From Cyanidioschyzon merolae (lineage: Eukaryota): a DNA stretch of 64,000 bases. Positions 46,156-57,849 of this stretch are shown piece by piece. The stretch lies in the NCBI GenBank assembly GCA_000091205.1, contig AP006491.2. One strand, written 5' to 3'. How positions within the stretch are numbered: the stretch's first letter is position 1; the number at the start of each line of letters is the position of its first letter. A program made the translations under genes and the position numbers. The notes below the pieces were generated by a model that did no database searches, had not been told where the DNA came from, and saw nothing but the letters and a program-made list of their open reading frames with translations.

Positions 46156-47174
46156 CCAGATACACGTAACCTGCGTCGAAGCCGGGTTTCCGCAAAATAA
46201 CGCCTCGGGGCTCTCAGCCGGCACTGAATGGCGCCAGATACCAACCACGCGCTTGTTGCTGCAGATTGGTTGTTGTCGCTCGTGCGGTGGTGTTTTCATG
46301 AACTGGGGCGTCTTCGCGCGGTAGCGTATCCCAAATGTTTGTACAATGTGTCTGCAAGCCAGGAAAACGCGTTTTTTGCAACTTATACTGCGTTTTCCAT
46401 ATTTGGTAAAAACGATCATGTGTAGGGCTCAGTGTTCTTCACAGAATATTGGCAATTCACGATGATGATTCTGCCGCCACAAATCCAACAAATATTCTCG
46501 CAAACGACGTGGATCTGTTGATACCAAGCACTACATCCGCGTTGGGCGTAACGGCTCACCGAGCGAATCTCGATCCTACTGACGAAGCTTGTCGCCAAAA
46601 GACCAGCTGCCAAAAGCACGATGCATGAACCTCTGAATTGCCTCCTGAAAAATTCGATGCTTTCTAGACACTGTGCGCATCCAATGGGGGATGCCACATC
46701 AAGAGATTCTTCTGCTGCCAACACAGACTATAGGACGCACTGCGCTCTCCTCTCCACTCAACTTCTCATAGGCTATTGTTTTGACCAATCGCACCTCGCC
46801 CCGCACACTTGCACCATCCAAGAAGCATCCGTCGGTTAATTAGATAGACAAGTCGATCAAAATGACCATGCATGAATCTCTGCTTGTTGGAAAATGTCTT
46901 TCATACTAAAAGAAAACTTCGCGAATTCTGCTAAGACTGCGCTTATTCTGTGAAACAACCCGACTCATCGGTCTGTCATATCTTGGAGTGATCGGCGCTT
47001 TGCTCCTCAAAAGAAAACGCTGCTCGGCGTGAGTCTCGTCGCTTGTCTTCAGACTCGTGCCAGAAATCGCTGAAATACATATCATTCGGTACCGAGCTCA
47101 CAGATAAAAATTATCCAAGTGCCACTTTTTGAATCATTGAAGCTGCTGCTGCTGCTGCACGTCAATCGCTCACT

Positions 47175-48032
47175 CTACGCGAAAAAGAAACCCGATCCGA
47201 GTGATCCCAGTAAGGGATACTGCTGAGCGTTTCGAGGTCTTGGAACAGGTCTATTCTCCTGCGCAGTGCTTCGCGCTGTTCCAGAGATGCTCGAATCCGA
47301 AGGCGGCTGCGTCCTGGCACTGCCGGGGGCGGCTGTTGTGCCGGTGTCCGCATCTTGTGCTGTTCCAGTACTGGAGCCGCTACCTCCCTGGGTCTGTCGC
47401 AGATCCTGGACTACCTCTTCAAGCCGTACGATTTCGTGCTGACACAACGGGCAACGATTCGCCCTCTGAACCCACTTGCTTATGCAATGGGAATGGAACA
47501 AATGACCGCATGAGAGCTTGCGACTCATGTCACCTTTCATAAAAGGATCAAGACAGATTGAACAGCACTGGCAGTAGACGCCGTCGGCTCCACAGAGCCC
47601 TTTGCCCTCACGCTGGCTTTCGTTCGGCACAGTTGCGAGCGCTGCAGCTGCCGCTGGGCTCTCTGCTCCACAGCTTGGACAGCTTGTAAGCGGAGCAGGA
47701 GGAGATGTTTTATCGAGTCTTGCAAGAACGAGCGACGCAGGTATCCGAGTCGGCCCCCAAACGCCGGCTCCTGCTACCCCGCCCGGCGGAGCTCTCTGTT
47801 CTCCACCCGCATTTCCCGGAATGCTGTACAGATACACGCCGTCAACGAAGACAGCTCTCTGGTTCCCCATGCGTGTGGGGTCTTCTGCGTCGCCGACCGC
47901 TCGGTTCGCGGCGCTCTCACGAGTCATAGCCCGGCGCAACGCCCGCCGCTCTCGCACGCAGGCATAGAGCCATGCGGCGAGAAGCAAACAAACACAAACC
48001 GCCGCCACGATTCCGAACACGATTATTGCCAT
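47175..48032 (-). CDS. RING-H2 zinc-finger E3 ubiquitin-ligase-like membrane protein (N-terminal TM helix, C-terminal Ser/Thr-rich tail)
   Basis: N-terminal 'MAIIVFGIVAAVCVCLLLAAWLYACV' is a hydrophobic helix. The RING-H2 reads 'CCSICLDPFMKGDMSRKLSCGHLFHSHCISKWVQRANRCPLCQHEI', a C3H2C3 pattern that includes the conserved Trp. Confidence 0.7.
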   Translation of the reverse strand: MAIIVFGIVAAVCVCLLLAAWLYACVRERRALRRAMTRESAANRAVGDAEDPTRMGNQRAVFVDGVYLYSIPGNAGGEQRAPPGGVAGAGVWGPTRIPASLVLARLDKTSPPAPLTSCPSCGAESPAAAAALATVPNESQREGKGLCGADGVYCQCCSICLDPFMKGDMSRKLSCGHLFHSHCISKWVQRANRCPLCQHEIVRLEEVVQDLRQTQGGSGSSTGTAQDADTGTTAAPGSARTQPPSDSSISGTARSTAQENRPVPRPRNAQQYPLLGSLGSGFFFA

Positions 48033-49244
48033 CCCTCTAGGGGACGTGCCGAAAAAAGCTACCTGGCGGTTGAAGTTCCAAAGTTAAGATAAAAGCGAAA
48101 TTGTGGAAGTAGGGTATCCCAAATTCCATGCGCGTTTTGATTCAACCACACGACGCAGATCGGATGACCAACGGCGCGCTTCACCCGGCGACGCGCGCCG
48201 TGACTCTGGATGAGGGCGGGCTGCGGCCGCAGGACGCAGGACGCATACCCTGTTCACGCGGTCTACGTGCAGGTGCGCGGCATGGTCTGGATCAAATTTG
48301 TTCAGTTATATAAACTTATATACAGTCTACAATTGATTCGCACTCTGGAAGTGCACTGATCTTCGGAAAAGTGGGTCATGCCGAGTGCTCCATTCTTCAG
48401 TTTCTTCGAACACGCTCGGAAGCGCAGGGTCAGCGAGGGTGCGGCAGCAATGCGGCTTCTCGACAGCTTATTGGTGAATGAAGCCACGCACATGGAATAT
48501 GGCATGTTCAAGACTATGGGTGCTGCCTCGGGAAAGGCGAGTTGGGAAAGGATACCACACGCATTGCAGTAGATAACGAATAACGCTGCCGTCGCATGAT
48601 TGAGCAGTGCAGGGCCTTGTGGACGCTCTGCGGTCGATCCAAGGCTAAAGCTTTAGCCGCTGTCGTTTGCTGTTGTTGAATTCTCTCTCCTACGCATCGG
48701 CCTCTGGCTCCGCAGTTGCTGGCCGATCGGGGATATTTCACATGGCTTATTGACTGTAAAATTGTACCAATTCAAAGCGTGCGTCCGTGACGATCTTCAG
48801 TTCACGGCATGCCTCAGAGCGGGGCTCCAGAAAAGCGGTGATTTGATGGGATGCATCGGAACTGTTTTCTTCAGCGCTCGCGTAGGCGATCGAACTATCC
48901 TGAGTGCATCGAGTGAGACGCTGCTTTTTGTAAACGCACAGTGAGCTCTGGAGAGCGTACGTCTCGTGTACAGCCGTTCCCGGTCGTGGAAACCTCCATC
49001 TTCATCTGCTTGCTGCGGGGAGAATTCTCCAAATCCCACGTTCCCGGAAGGTGTCTCGCTTATGCGGGGAATGGATTATAGAGATAATACTTCCTCTGTG
49101 AGGAATATTTCTTCGACTAGGTTAGATCAGGCACAAGGACAAAACTTGTCTCCTGCATAAGATAAGTGCAACGTCTATTTCAATGACTATTATTGTCTCG
49201 CGGATGAGTCATGATGCATTGTCTCCTGCAAAAGTTCGAGAAGC

Positions 49245-50462
49245 GTGCTTCCAAGTGGCGCAGATTTGCATAGCACCGTTAGGTTCGGAAAAGAGCTCAT
49301 CTTTGTTGCTACGGTGAACTGCCGGCATTACCGCCTTGTAGGACTTCAGGGGAAGAGCTTGCGCTGGCCGCACTTACTGCAGAGGTCTTTGGTAAGCAGA
49401 ACATGTTTGACGCTTCGTTGCGGGAACGTTCACAGCTTGGCAGCACTCGCGAGCGACCGGCTCTCGGGGGCCAGTACGCTCCAGGAAATTAGGAAGAGTT
49501 TGTACGTCGCAGGTTCTGGCTTAGAGAAAATGAAACTTATACGCTTACTTCACTTTACGGATATTCATTTTCACTCTGTATCTCTCGCTGGACACCTCCC
49601 CACCTGGAAGGAGCTTCTCGGTTATGCAAACCTGTACATTGCGGGGAGGAGGAAAGCCTTCGCTGCCCTCGAAGCTGCGAAAGCACTCTGTGAACTCGTA
49701 CAAAGTCTAAACCCGGATGTCGTTATTTTTTCGAGTGATCTTACGTCAACGGGTACCTGTGAAGAGTTCGCTACGGCATACGAGCACTTAAGGCCGCTAA
49801 TTGAAAGTAGCAATACTTTTGAGGCAGCGCAAGGTAAAAACAGAAGCACGGCGAGTGGTCCGTTTCTCATCATGGTGGCCGGAAACCATGACGGTTATAC
49901 CCAGTGAAACCGACATTGTATGGAACTGTCCTTTTGAGCTCAGATGCTGGGCGGCGGGGCGGTCTCTCCGCGCTATGTAACGCTCGGAACCGCGAACTCG
50001 AACTTATCCGAATTAAATGATGCTCCCTGCTCGGCATCGCTGGTCGCTATAACGCTGGAGCATTGCAGGCCGTCGTGGCGGAGTAGCGGTAGCCATTACG
50101 TCGAGGGTACGCGTGAACGTCTAGAATCAATTTTAAGCAAACACCATACGCATGCTGTCGTTGTGGGACACTATCCTGTGTTGGAGCAGGACGGAGCAGC
50201 GCTTTACGAAAGGTTCGGGCGCAGTCTATTGGATGTGAGGACGCTTTCGCGAATTCTGTGCAAATATCCTCCGATCGCTTATTTATGTGGCCATCATCAC
50301 GAAGGATACATTGTGAAAGATACTGAGAGCGGCTTTCTACACATTAACTGCGGGTCAAGCGGCAAGATCGGCTCCGGACGCGCGCTGGAGATAATGATCG
50401 GGTCCCATGCTGCAGCTAACAACCTCCAGGTACCTGAGATTGGTTCCTATCCCCATTTGTGA
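49245..50462 (+). CDS. Calcineurin-like metallophosphoesterase, one gene interrupted at 49905-49943 by in-frame stop codons (possible short intron or pseudogene)
   Basis: ORF 49245..49907 carries metallophosphoesterase motifs 'IRLLHFTDIHFHSV' (D-x-H), 'VVIFSSDLTSTG' (GD-type) and 'MVAGNHDGYTQ' (GNH[DE]). ORF 49944..50462 is in the same frame and carries the downstream 'LCGHHHEGYIV' (GH-x-H) motif. The two halves are separated by 36 nt that contain two TGA codons. Confidence 0.6.
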
Positions 50463-50590
50463 ATATTCACGTGCGCTTTTGGTTGCAGTATACAGTGTGC
50501 AAGTTCGAAACAAAAAGAAAGGGAGCAAATTTCATGTACAAGAGTCCAGGCGGTGAATGACAGCCCTCGGTGCGGATCTGTCATATCTCG

Positions 50591-51805
50591 TCAGAGCCTA
50601 TCAAGAAGTTGCGAAATCTGCTCATAACACATGAATGTAATCGCCGATGAAGGTGCCACACGAAGAAGATTCGCGACAATGCCTCTGTAAAGCCCCCGGA
50701 AGCTATTTCGCATGTAGATTGTACGCAACGCACGAATCATACTCCCGTACGCGACCGGATCTGCGCCGCGCTGCTGCATGCGTGTGCGAGCAACCTGCAA
50801 TGGGTACGTGACAAGCGAGGCTATAACTTTGGAAGCGGTAGCTGCAATCAGACTTTCAATGACGCTCAGCCGTTCTGCTTGTCCTGCTGAGTTCCGAAGT
50901 GAAATAGAATCCAAAGATCGTTCCAGCTCGTTCTCAAGTTCTTCCGAACGGCTCAGCTTTGCCATGAAGCGCCTTCGAAGCAGAGACAATCGGATTTTCT
51001 CGTACACAGCGAACTGGATTGCACCGTGCGTCACAAGAAACATCGAGGGCCCAATGCCGCGATAGAAGCCCCTGAGTCCTTCATCTCTCCAGACAGATTG
51101 CATCGTCGAGAATACACCCCCCTGGTTTTGAGATAACTGAGCACCTTTGAAGTTGTCTTTCGAGCCCCTCTCCAGCTGCATACGTGTTTTCAAGAGCCAT
51201 ATGGGATTCGTCAAGAGTACGGTTATGATGCCGGCAATTGTGCCGGATATAAGATGGTTGATGCTGCCTCTTTGGGACAAGTACTCACTTTTAACACGTT
51301 GTCCCAGAAGAGCTACTAGCATTTTCGCTCGTTGGTAGCTTTCAAAATAGATTCCCCAGGAAAGCGAGGAACCTACAACGGCGGGAAGGGCACCTCTGTA
51401 GAGGCCATTTCGGAGACCTTCCTCCCGCACTATTGTTGCTACCGCGTTCGTAATAGTTCGATACGAAAAAGCACCTTGCTTTCCGTGCAAATCGGTCGCC
51501 TGATAGCGCGTCTTTATCAGGTCAAAAGGATGCAAGGCAAGAGTGCTCAAGCAACCAGCGCTCAGCCCCGCGATAGCGCGAGTCACACCAGCTCGGGGCT
51601 GCGCACCTGCACCCGTGCCCTTGTCCTCTGAGGAACCGCTCGGTGCGCCAGTGATGCGTGCGCTTGGTTCTCTTTGAGCCACATACCCCTGAAGAGCCTC
51701 AACGCTGCCCCTCACGCGTGCTGGCGGTGCAAGGCGTTCAGCCTCAGCCTGGTAATCGAGCAGAGGATCAGGTGGACCCCGAAGACCGTCCGTCATACGG
51801 CGCAC
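50591..51805 (-). CDS. Mitochondrial carrier family protein of the folate/FAD/NAD+ transporter subgroup (Flx1/MFT/Ndt-like)
   Basis: Three carrier repeats with signature helices 'LHPFDLIKTRYQ', 'TNPIWLLKTRMQL' and 'TYPLQVARTRMQQR'. In the second signature a Trp replaces the usual acidic residue (P-I-W), which is characteristic of the folate/FAD/NAD+ carrier clade. Confidence 0.85.
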   Translation of the reverse strand: MRRMTDGLRGPPDPLLDYQAEAERLAPPARVRGSVEALQGYVAQREPSARITGAPSGSSEDKGTGAGAQPRAGVTRAIAGLSAGCLSTLALHPFDLIKTRYQATDLHGKQGAFSYRTITNAVATIVREEGLRNGLYRGALPAVVGSSLSWGIYFESYQRAKMLVALLGQRVKSEYLSQRGSINHLISGTIAGIITVLLTNPIWLLKTRMQLERGSKDNFKGAQLSQNQGGVFSTMQSVWRDEGLRGFYRGIGPSMFLVTHGAIQFAVYEKIRLSLLRRRFMAKLSRSEELENELERSLDSISLRNSAGQAERLSVIESLIAATASKVIASLVTYPLQVARTRMQQRGADPVAYGSMIRALRTIYMRNSFRGLYRGIVANLLRVAPSSAITFMCYEQISQLLDRL

Positions 51806-52381
51806 ATGAAACCCTACCTTGTGTCAAACTTTTAACCAAGTCTCAAACTGAGCTTCTCGAAACCACCGGAAACTTTGCCGTTCTCATCACTGACTGGAGG
51901 TCCTTTTCAAGCCGTGGAACCTCCGCTGCGGAACTCAAATTTTTCTCATCGCACACCGCCTGTTTCAACGAGTTTTGCACATTTTCCAGAAGCCTGTAGC
52001 AGCGCGAGCGCAAATGTACTTCACATGCGCTTTTGTTTGATGCATAGCGATACAAGCGCGGTACCGGTGACTATCGAATACAAACGGGTTTCTCTCCTAT
52101 GCGACAGATACCACGTTACATGCCACGGAAACATCACGAGCGCTCGTAAGAGTGGTTGCGATGCGTCTGCATGGCCGAGCACGAAAATGATTATTCGCAT
52201 AGGGAAGTACCCCTAGGTAAAAATTTCGATCAAATGTGATAAATGCATCAAGGATGAGCAGTTTCAGCCACAAGGGTACGTTTCAGTCATGCACACTTTA
52301 CCTTTCAAGTTGAAAATACGTTCCATATAGATCTGTCCATGCCAAGATAACTCTTCCACTTTTAGAGCTATTCCCCGTCGC

Positions 52382-52918
52382 TCAACTAGTTCCGTATAAT
52401 ACCGCACCGTGTAAACTCGGAGGAATCAGAACTCCGTTAATGATGTGTATGACACCGAGGTCGAAGAAAACGTCCGGCACTATAACCTTCCGTGTTCCTT
52501 CGACGTAAATCGTTGTCCTTGTAGCGTTCAACATGAGGGTTTCGTTGTCGAACAGCGTTTTCACTAAAATAACCCCTTCGCCGAGTAAAAAGTGCGCCGA
52601 GAGGTTCCCAGGCACGATGTGGTAGAGCAAGACGTCCCTCAAAAGGGTCTCGTTCGTATGAAGCCTCGCGGTGACATTCGCCGGCAAGCTTTCGAAAGCT
52701 GTATTATCTGGAGCGAAAACGGTTATTGTTCTGTTCGCAGCAGCTAGAGCGCTTAGCTGAGTCGAGAGCGTGCTGTTCACGAGGGTTATGAGCGTGCTGA
52801 TATCGGGATGCTCACGTTCGACCTCACTTAACGTCTGTGCCTCAATTCTAACTGCATGTATGAGCGAGAGAATACAAAATAGTCCGAATAAAACCCTTAC
52901 GACCTTCATCTCTTTCAC
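52382..52918 (-). CDS. Secreted fasciclin (FAS1) domain protein with an N-terminal signal peptide
   Basis: Hydrophobic N-terminus 'MKEMKVVRVLFGLFCILSLIHA'. FAS1 motifs 'TVFAPDNTAFESLP', 'LLYHIVPG' and 'VIHIINGVLIPP'. Several N-glycosylation sequons (N-x-T/S). Confidence 0.75.
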   Translation of the reverse strand: MKEMKVVRVLFGLFCILSLIHAVRIEAQTLSEVEREHPDISTLITLVNSTLSTQLSALAAANRTITVFAPDNTAFESLPANVTARLHTNETLLRDVLLYHIVPGNLSAHFLLGEGVILVKTLFDNETLMLNATRTTIYVEGTRKVIVPDVFFDLGVIHIINGVLIPPSLHGAVLYGTS

Positions 52919-53115
52919 GCAACACTCTCCCTCGGAGTCACACAGTGGTTACAGAAACAAAATTTTGTGTGGAGGAGAAAATACCCGATCGCATCCGCGT
53001 GTCCTTCACCTGCTCGTCGGGTATTCTGTCACGTGACATTCCGAACAGCCGCGAATCGAGCGAGCGCCGGTGTCGCCCGGTCTACGACGACGACGGGTTT
53101 CTTTGAGTACCGTTC

Positions 53116-54738
53116 ATGAGGCGAGCTACCCCCCTTTTCATCGTAGGTGGGTGTCACCTGCATTTCCCCTCGTGCAACAGCACCGCGTTTCGTCCACTTT
53201 TTCTAAGCAAGCGTTATGGCCAGGAACGTTCGTGGACGAAGACAGGCCTCTGGCGCCTTGCACCGACGCACCAAAGAGGTCAGCGCAGCTCCGTCGCTTC
53301 CATTCACCGGAGAAGTCACGGGAAACTAGTGGCCGCGAACCTGGCTATGGCCGTAGAATCAGAACGACTCGGATCGGAGGGATCGAGGGTGTCACTAAGA
53401 ATCAAGGTCGACGGTGAGAGTACGCGGGCTGCAGTAGACTCGGTGTTGCAGGAGCTCGAGAAAACCGCGACTGTCCCGGGGTTTCGGAAAGGCAAGGTTC
53501 CGAAAAACGTTCTCGTGAGCTACTTTGGAGAGAAGAATATTAATGCCTCAGCGCTGGAAGAGGTGGTCAACGAGAACGTGAAGGTCGCTCTACAAGATGC
53601 AGGCATTCCGTATTTAGGAAACGCCACGTTAATTGAGAAACCAGAGGACGTAGTTGCGCGTTTTGTTCCTGGAGAGCCGCTCTCCTTTGATATCAGCGTT
53701 GAGGTATGGCCCGAGGCGAAGTTGAAAGAGTCTTACAAGAGCACGGAAATCGTCGTTGCGCGACTGCCAGATGATGATCTAGAGGAACTCGTCGAGCGAA
53801 CGCTCGAGGATCTCCGAAAGCGAACCGCACAGCTCCGGGATGTACCGGGTGGTACTATTGATTACGGATACACTGCCATCGCATCCATTCGATGCTATCG
53901 AATGCTTCCGAATGGTAAGCGAGGGGAGCGTATTCGTGGGGTGGCAGCCGAAGATGATGTCCAGGTCCCGATCGAGAAAGGACGCTTCCTGGAGGGCTTC
54001 GTTGAGGGCCTCATTGGCGCTAAAGTCGGCGAAGTGCTACAGATCCCCATACGGTTTCCGGAGAATCACAAAGTGAAGAAGTTAGCGGGGAAATCTGTAG
54101 TATTTGAAGTGAAAATCCACGCTGTCAAGGAGCGGGTGCTTCCAGAGGTGACGGATGAGTGGGTGCGGCAGGTCACAGAGCAGGAAAATGTCGAGAAATT
54201 GAAGGACGTTTTGCGCGCAAAACTAGTGGAAGAGAAAGAGGTAATGCGCGAGCGGAACATGGATCGAGCGATTGAAGACTTTATTTTAAGCATTACTGAA
54301 GTGGATTTACCTGAATCTTTAATTGAAGAGCAGATCAAACGGCAGTTCGCGGAGCTGATGACTGAGCTGAAAAATCAAGGAGTGCCAGATCACAAAATCA
54401 AGGCTATGATTACGAAGGAGAACTACGAACGCTACCGAACTGGACCTGCGAGAGGAACTGCGGAGAGGAGCCTCCGCATCGGTTTCGGTGTTTCCAAAAT
54501 CGTGGAGTCTGAGGGTCTCAAGCTCGACGACTCCGAACTCGAGAGGCGTCTGCAAGAGGAGCGAAAATTGGCTGGTGCTGAAGACTTTGACGAGAAACCT
54601 GTTCGTGACCGCCTCGTTGCTATTATGGAGCGTGAACTGGTCTTTGACTTTATCAGGAAGAATTGCAACTTCAAATTTATCAGCTCCTCTGTGGAAGACG
54701 AGAGCAGACGATCCGTGCCGGCGCAGCTCGCCGCCTGA
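53116..54738 (+). CDS. TIG: Trigger factor (Tig-type ribosome-associated chaperone / PPIase), plastid-type, with an N-terminal transit-peptide-like extension of about 100 aa
   Basis: The hallmark trigger-factor ribosome-binding signature 'PGFRKGKVP' (GFRxGxxP) is in the N-domain. A central FKBP-like block ('GEVLQIPIRFPENH...GKSVVFEVKIHAVK') and a helical C-domain follow. The size, about 430 aa after the extension, fits Tig. Confidence 0.85.
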   Translation: MRRATPLFIVGGCHLHFPSCNSTAFRPLFLSKRYGQERSWTKTGLWRLAPTHQRGQRSSVASIHRRSHGKLVAANLAMAVESERLGSEGSRVSLRIKVDGESTRAAVDSVLQELEKTATVPGFRKGKVPKNVLVSYFGEKNINASALEEVVNENVKVALQDAGIPYLGNATLIEKPEDVVARFVPGEPLSFDISVEVWPEAKLKESYKSTEIVVARLPDDDLEELVERTLEDLRKRTAQLRDVPGGTIDYGYTAIASIRCYRMLPNGKRGERIRGVAAEDDVQVPIEKGRFLEGFVEGLIGAKVGEVLQIPIRFPENHKVKKLAGKSVVFEVKIHAVKERVLPEVTDEWVRQVTEQENVEKLKDVLRAKLVEEKEVMRERNMDRAIEDFILSITEVDLPESLIEEQIKRQFAELMTELKNQGVPDHKIKAMITKENYERYRTGPARGTAERSLRIGFGVSKIVESEGLKLDDSELERRLQEERKLAGAEDFDEKPVRDRLVAIMERELVFDFIRKNCNFKFISSSVEDESRRSVPAQLAA

Positions 54739-54889
54739 ACCAATAGGCCCTTGTCCATGGGACCCAGATAAATGACTTTATGAGAAAGTTAGCACTATCT
54801 ACAAGCAACGAAGCCGCGTTCAAATGATAGCCACCAGTCTCGATCGACATCTCTGTCCAGTACCATGCCCTTTCCACCTACCAGATGAA

Positions 54890-54965
54890 GACTGAATCCT
54901 GAACAGCTCGCTCTCGTCCTGCATTTCGATTTTTTCCAAACATGTTTTAGTTTTAAAGCCTCTAC
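54890..54965. repeat. Degenerate fragment resembling the family-A left terminus
   Basis: 'cagctcgctctcgtcctgcatttcgattttttccaaacatgttttagttttaaagcctctacattcagaatgcagg' aligns with the A terminus 'cagctcgctctggtccttcatctcgatatttctccgaac...ttttagatgtgtcgcagcgggattcaatgtgcagcagg'. Confidence 0.4.
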
Positions 54966-57292
54966 ATTCAGAATGCAGGACCAAGCGCTGACCAATTCAT
55001 ACTTTGCTTCAGGCTTTACGCTCTTATTTTAGGAGCGACTCTTTCAACTCCCTGCCGCTAGAATTCGATAGGTCTCAAAAATCAAAAAGATTCGGCACGC
55101 GCTGGAGAAAGAAGTTATGAAAATGTCGATGCAATTATCCAATGCATCCACACCTGCCTCCTTTGGTGTCCGTTCCTAAAATGCAGCATGCCAGAATCAA
55201 GCATTTTTCAAGTTTTCGATTTTTCAGTCTCAGCGCATCTCGTAGTGGCAGCGAGTAGCGCAGCTAGGTTCACGAGGAACAATATGAAATCGAAGTTGGC
55301 CATTGATGTTTACTCCACTAGTGCATGCTAGAAGTGCTCTGAACTTCTCACGTCATATAACCGGTTCTTTTCGTAGTACAACTTACCTCTACTTGTGGAT
55401 ATCGACGAAAGGCGCTTACTTGCAGCATGATACCTTTTAGGGAATTTGCTTTCAAAAGATCCCGCTGCGTTTCTTTGATAGGAAATCGTCATGGACTTGG
55501 ACATAAATCGCTGCAGGCATCAATTCCAGCTACGAAAGCTTCGCAGAATCACACGAAGTTATCGTAGACGCCTCGAAATTCTTGATGGTACCTCCAGCAC
55601 GGATTTTTCTTCCGGTAATCGTTTCATCATGAACAACCTCGCTTTCCTCGGATCCAATCCTGTTCGGAAAAGAGAAGAGAAGGCAACAGAGTATGGCTCG
55701 TATCATATGCTCTACCTTATTCTCAATCGTTCAGCCGGGTCTAAAAACCTCATCAGTGCTGTGAAAGAAAGCAAATGTTCAGCAAACGTGTGGAACAGCG
55801 TGCGCTTCCGCGTGCAACGCACGGGGTACTCGTCGACGGAATTGGCGAGAAGATACCCGTGATCGCACGTTACGGCCCTGGGTGAGCAAACAAAGCAGGG
55901 CATCGGTGCCCGCATACGGTAACCTTCAAGAACATGTGCCGAGCAATGAAGCAAACGTTCACGTGCCAAAGAGCGGCTCCCGAATGACCAGGAGATATGT
56001 TGGAAATCTGGGCACACTTGATCACGTCCGTGTCGCAACTGCAAAGCGCGCCGATACTGTATACAAAAAAGATGAATGTGGGGAGCCATCCGTAGATCGC
56101 AAATTCCGTCTGTGCGTGAAATGCGTAGGCAAAGACCGGAAGAAACGAAATCGGCGCTGAAACGATGCCATCAACATCACTCGACTGCTGACAACGGAGC
56201 TGGAGGGACCGAAATGACTGACTTATCGAGAGTCAGAGACAAGGCAATGGAAAAGAAACCAGTCGCAGAAAAAGATCGCAAAAGCTAATCCTCGTGAAAA
56301 GGGGAAGAGATCCAAACCTTTAAATTCCACACCCGGGCTAGATGACGCGTTCGATTTTATTGTGACATGGGTTTATAGAGCGCTCTGGAGCATCGCCACC
56401 GACTTCAAAATGATCTCAGCCTCGCCATCTGTTGTTCGTATCCAAAAATGCACAGCATCGTGAGCAATGCAGTTGTACGAGCTGCGTGATTCAATTGCCA
56501 TCGCGATACAAAATGATAGAAACCTCGTTTCACGTGCAGCCTTGAAATTAGTAGAGAGGCATAGCCGACAAACCGCTCACGGAGAAAATACTTCCAGCCA
56601 AGTCGCCATGAACGCGGGCGCCACGACACGATGCTGCCAGGAGATGTTGTCTTCACGAATTCAGAAACCAGGCCAATGCTTTCAGCAGTTGACTCACAGG
56701 AAAGAACAGTTGGCCACGGGCCAATAAACGGTGAAACCTGTAGCGATGCGCGCGACTCTGTGAGCAGTCGCCGTAAAGGTTTCGGTCGCCCAACCTCGGG
56801 GTTCGCTCTCTGCGACTTTGCCTATTTGTTCGAATGCCGCCAAGCAGATGATCATACGCACTCAGGTCGACCTGATACAGTGCGACGCACTGTACACGCC
56901 AACCTAATGGTCTCAAACTCGGGATAGGAACACCAATGTTCTCTGAGGTAAACTTCCACCGGGTAATTGCCATCTGAGGAGCCAAAGGTTATGATATTTT
57001 GTATTTGCTTTTTCGAATGATCCGTAAAGACAATTCGGTTGGCAGCTGTGCCACTGAACAAGACGTCAGCTACATGGCAAAGCGTGATGTGTGGCGCAAA
57101 TGACGGCTAACTTGAGGTGATCGGTACTGACACCTCCACAGGTATTCTCTGCGCTCGTTAATGCGCCCTGTCAGAAGCAAAATGCCAGACTAAAGGACCA
57201 TAATTCATGAAAAGTTCTAACAATTACGAAAAGTTTTCTATGATACACTCTTATGCGTCGATCCGCAGCTTGAACAGCTGCCGCGGTGCGGG

Positions 57293-57736
57293 TCACGGGT
57301 GGTCATCGTCCTTGGATGCAATAGAAGCTTTTCTCAAGCTTTCCTCATACGCTGCGAGCTTCTCAGCATACGCAACCCATACACAGGTCTCACAGCCGTT
57401 ACCGCAACAATCGTAAGGTCCTGGCTCTTCTGGAGGTTGCAAGACTGAAGCGGCTTGCACGCCAGGAGAGGCTTCTTTCATAGATTCCGCCTTACCGGAC
57501 TTCTCGCCGTCGCGTGCTTCTGTCACACTACCCAGTGTGCTGAGGCCTTGGTTTACACGAGCGGGGATTGACGGCCGAGAAACGAGAGCTTCTGCGACAG
57601 TGCCTTCTGTTCCACGGCCTTCTTGCTCAGCTCGCGGTTCAACGCTCGTAGCACTTGACAATTCACGGACGTGCGAAGTAAGCAACGCTCGTTGAGCACA
57701 ATTTCGGTGACTTGGAGCGAAGTTTCCAGTACGCAT
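57293..57736 (-). CDS. Oxidoreductase-like-domain protein (OXLD1-like; Pfam Oxidored-like N-terminal motif)
   Basis: 'PPEEPGPYDCCGNGCETCVWVAYAEKLAAYEE' matches the 'PPxxP...CCxSGCxxCVWxxY' signature of the Oxidored-like domain. Confidence 0.5.
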   Translation of the reverse strand: MRTGNFAPSHRNCAQRALLTSHVRELSSATSVEPRAEQEGRGTEGTVAEALVSRPSIPARVNQGLSTLGSVTEARDGEKSGKAESMKEASPGVQAASVLQPPEEPGPYDCCGNGCETCVWVAYAEKLAAYEESLRKASIASKDDDHP

Positions 57737-57849
57737 ATTCTGAAGCGCTAAGCTTACGAAGGGTGCGCAGCCTTCGAGTCACTGCCGGAATGAGATCCCT
57801 CGAGCCGTCAGTGTTTTCGTCGTCTGAGGTCTTTATTAGAATCTATATA

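Noticed and set aside
49245-50462. Two separate small genes (220 aa and 172 aa)
   Set aside because: Both are in the same frame, are 36 nt apart, and each has only half of the metallophosphoesterase motif set. They are treated as one interrupted gene.
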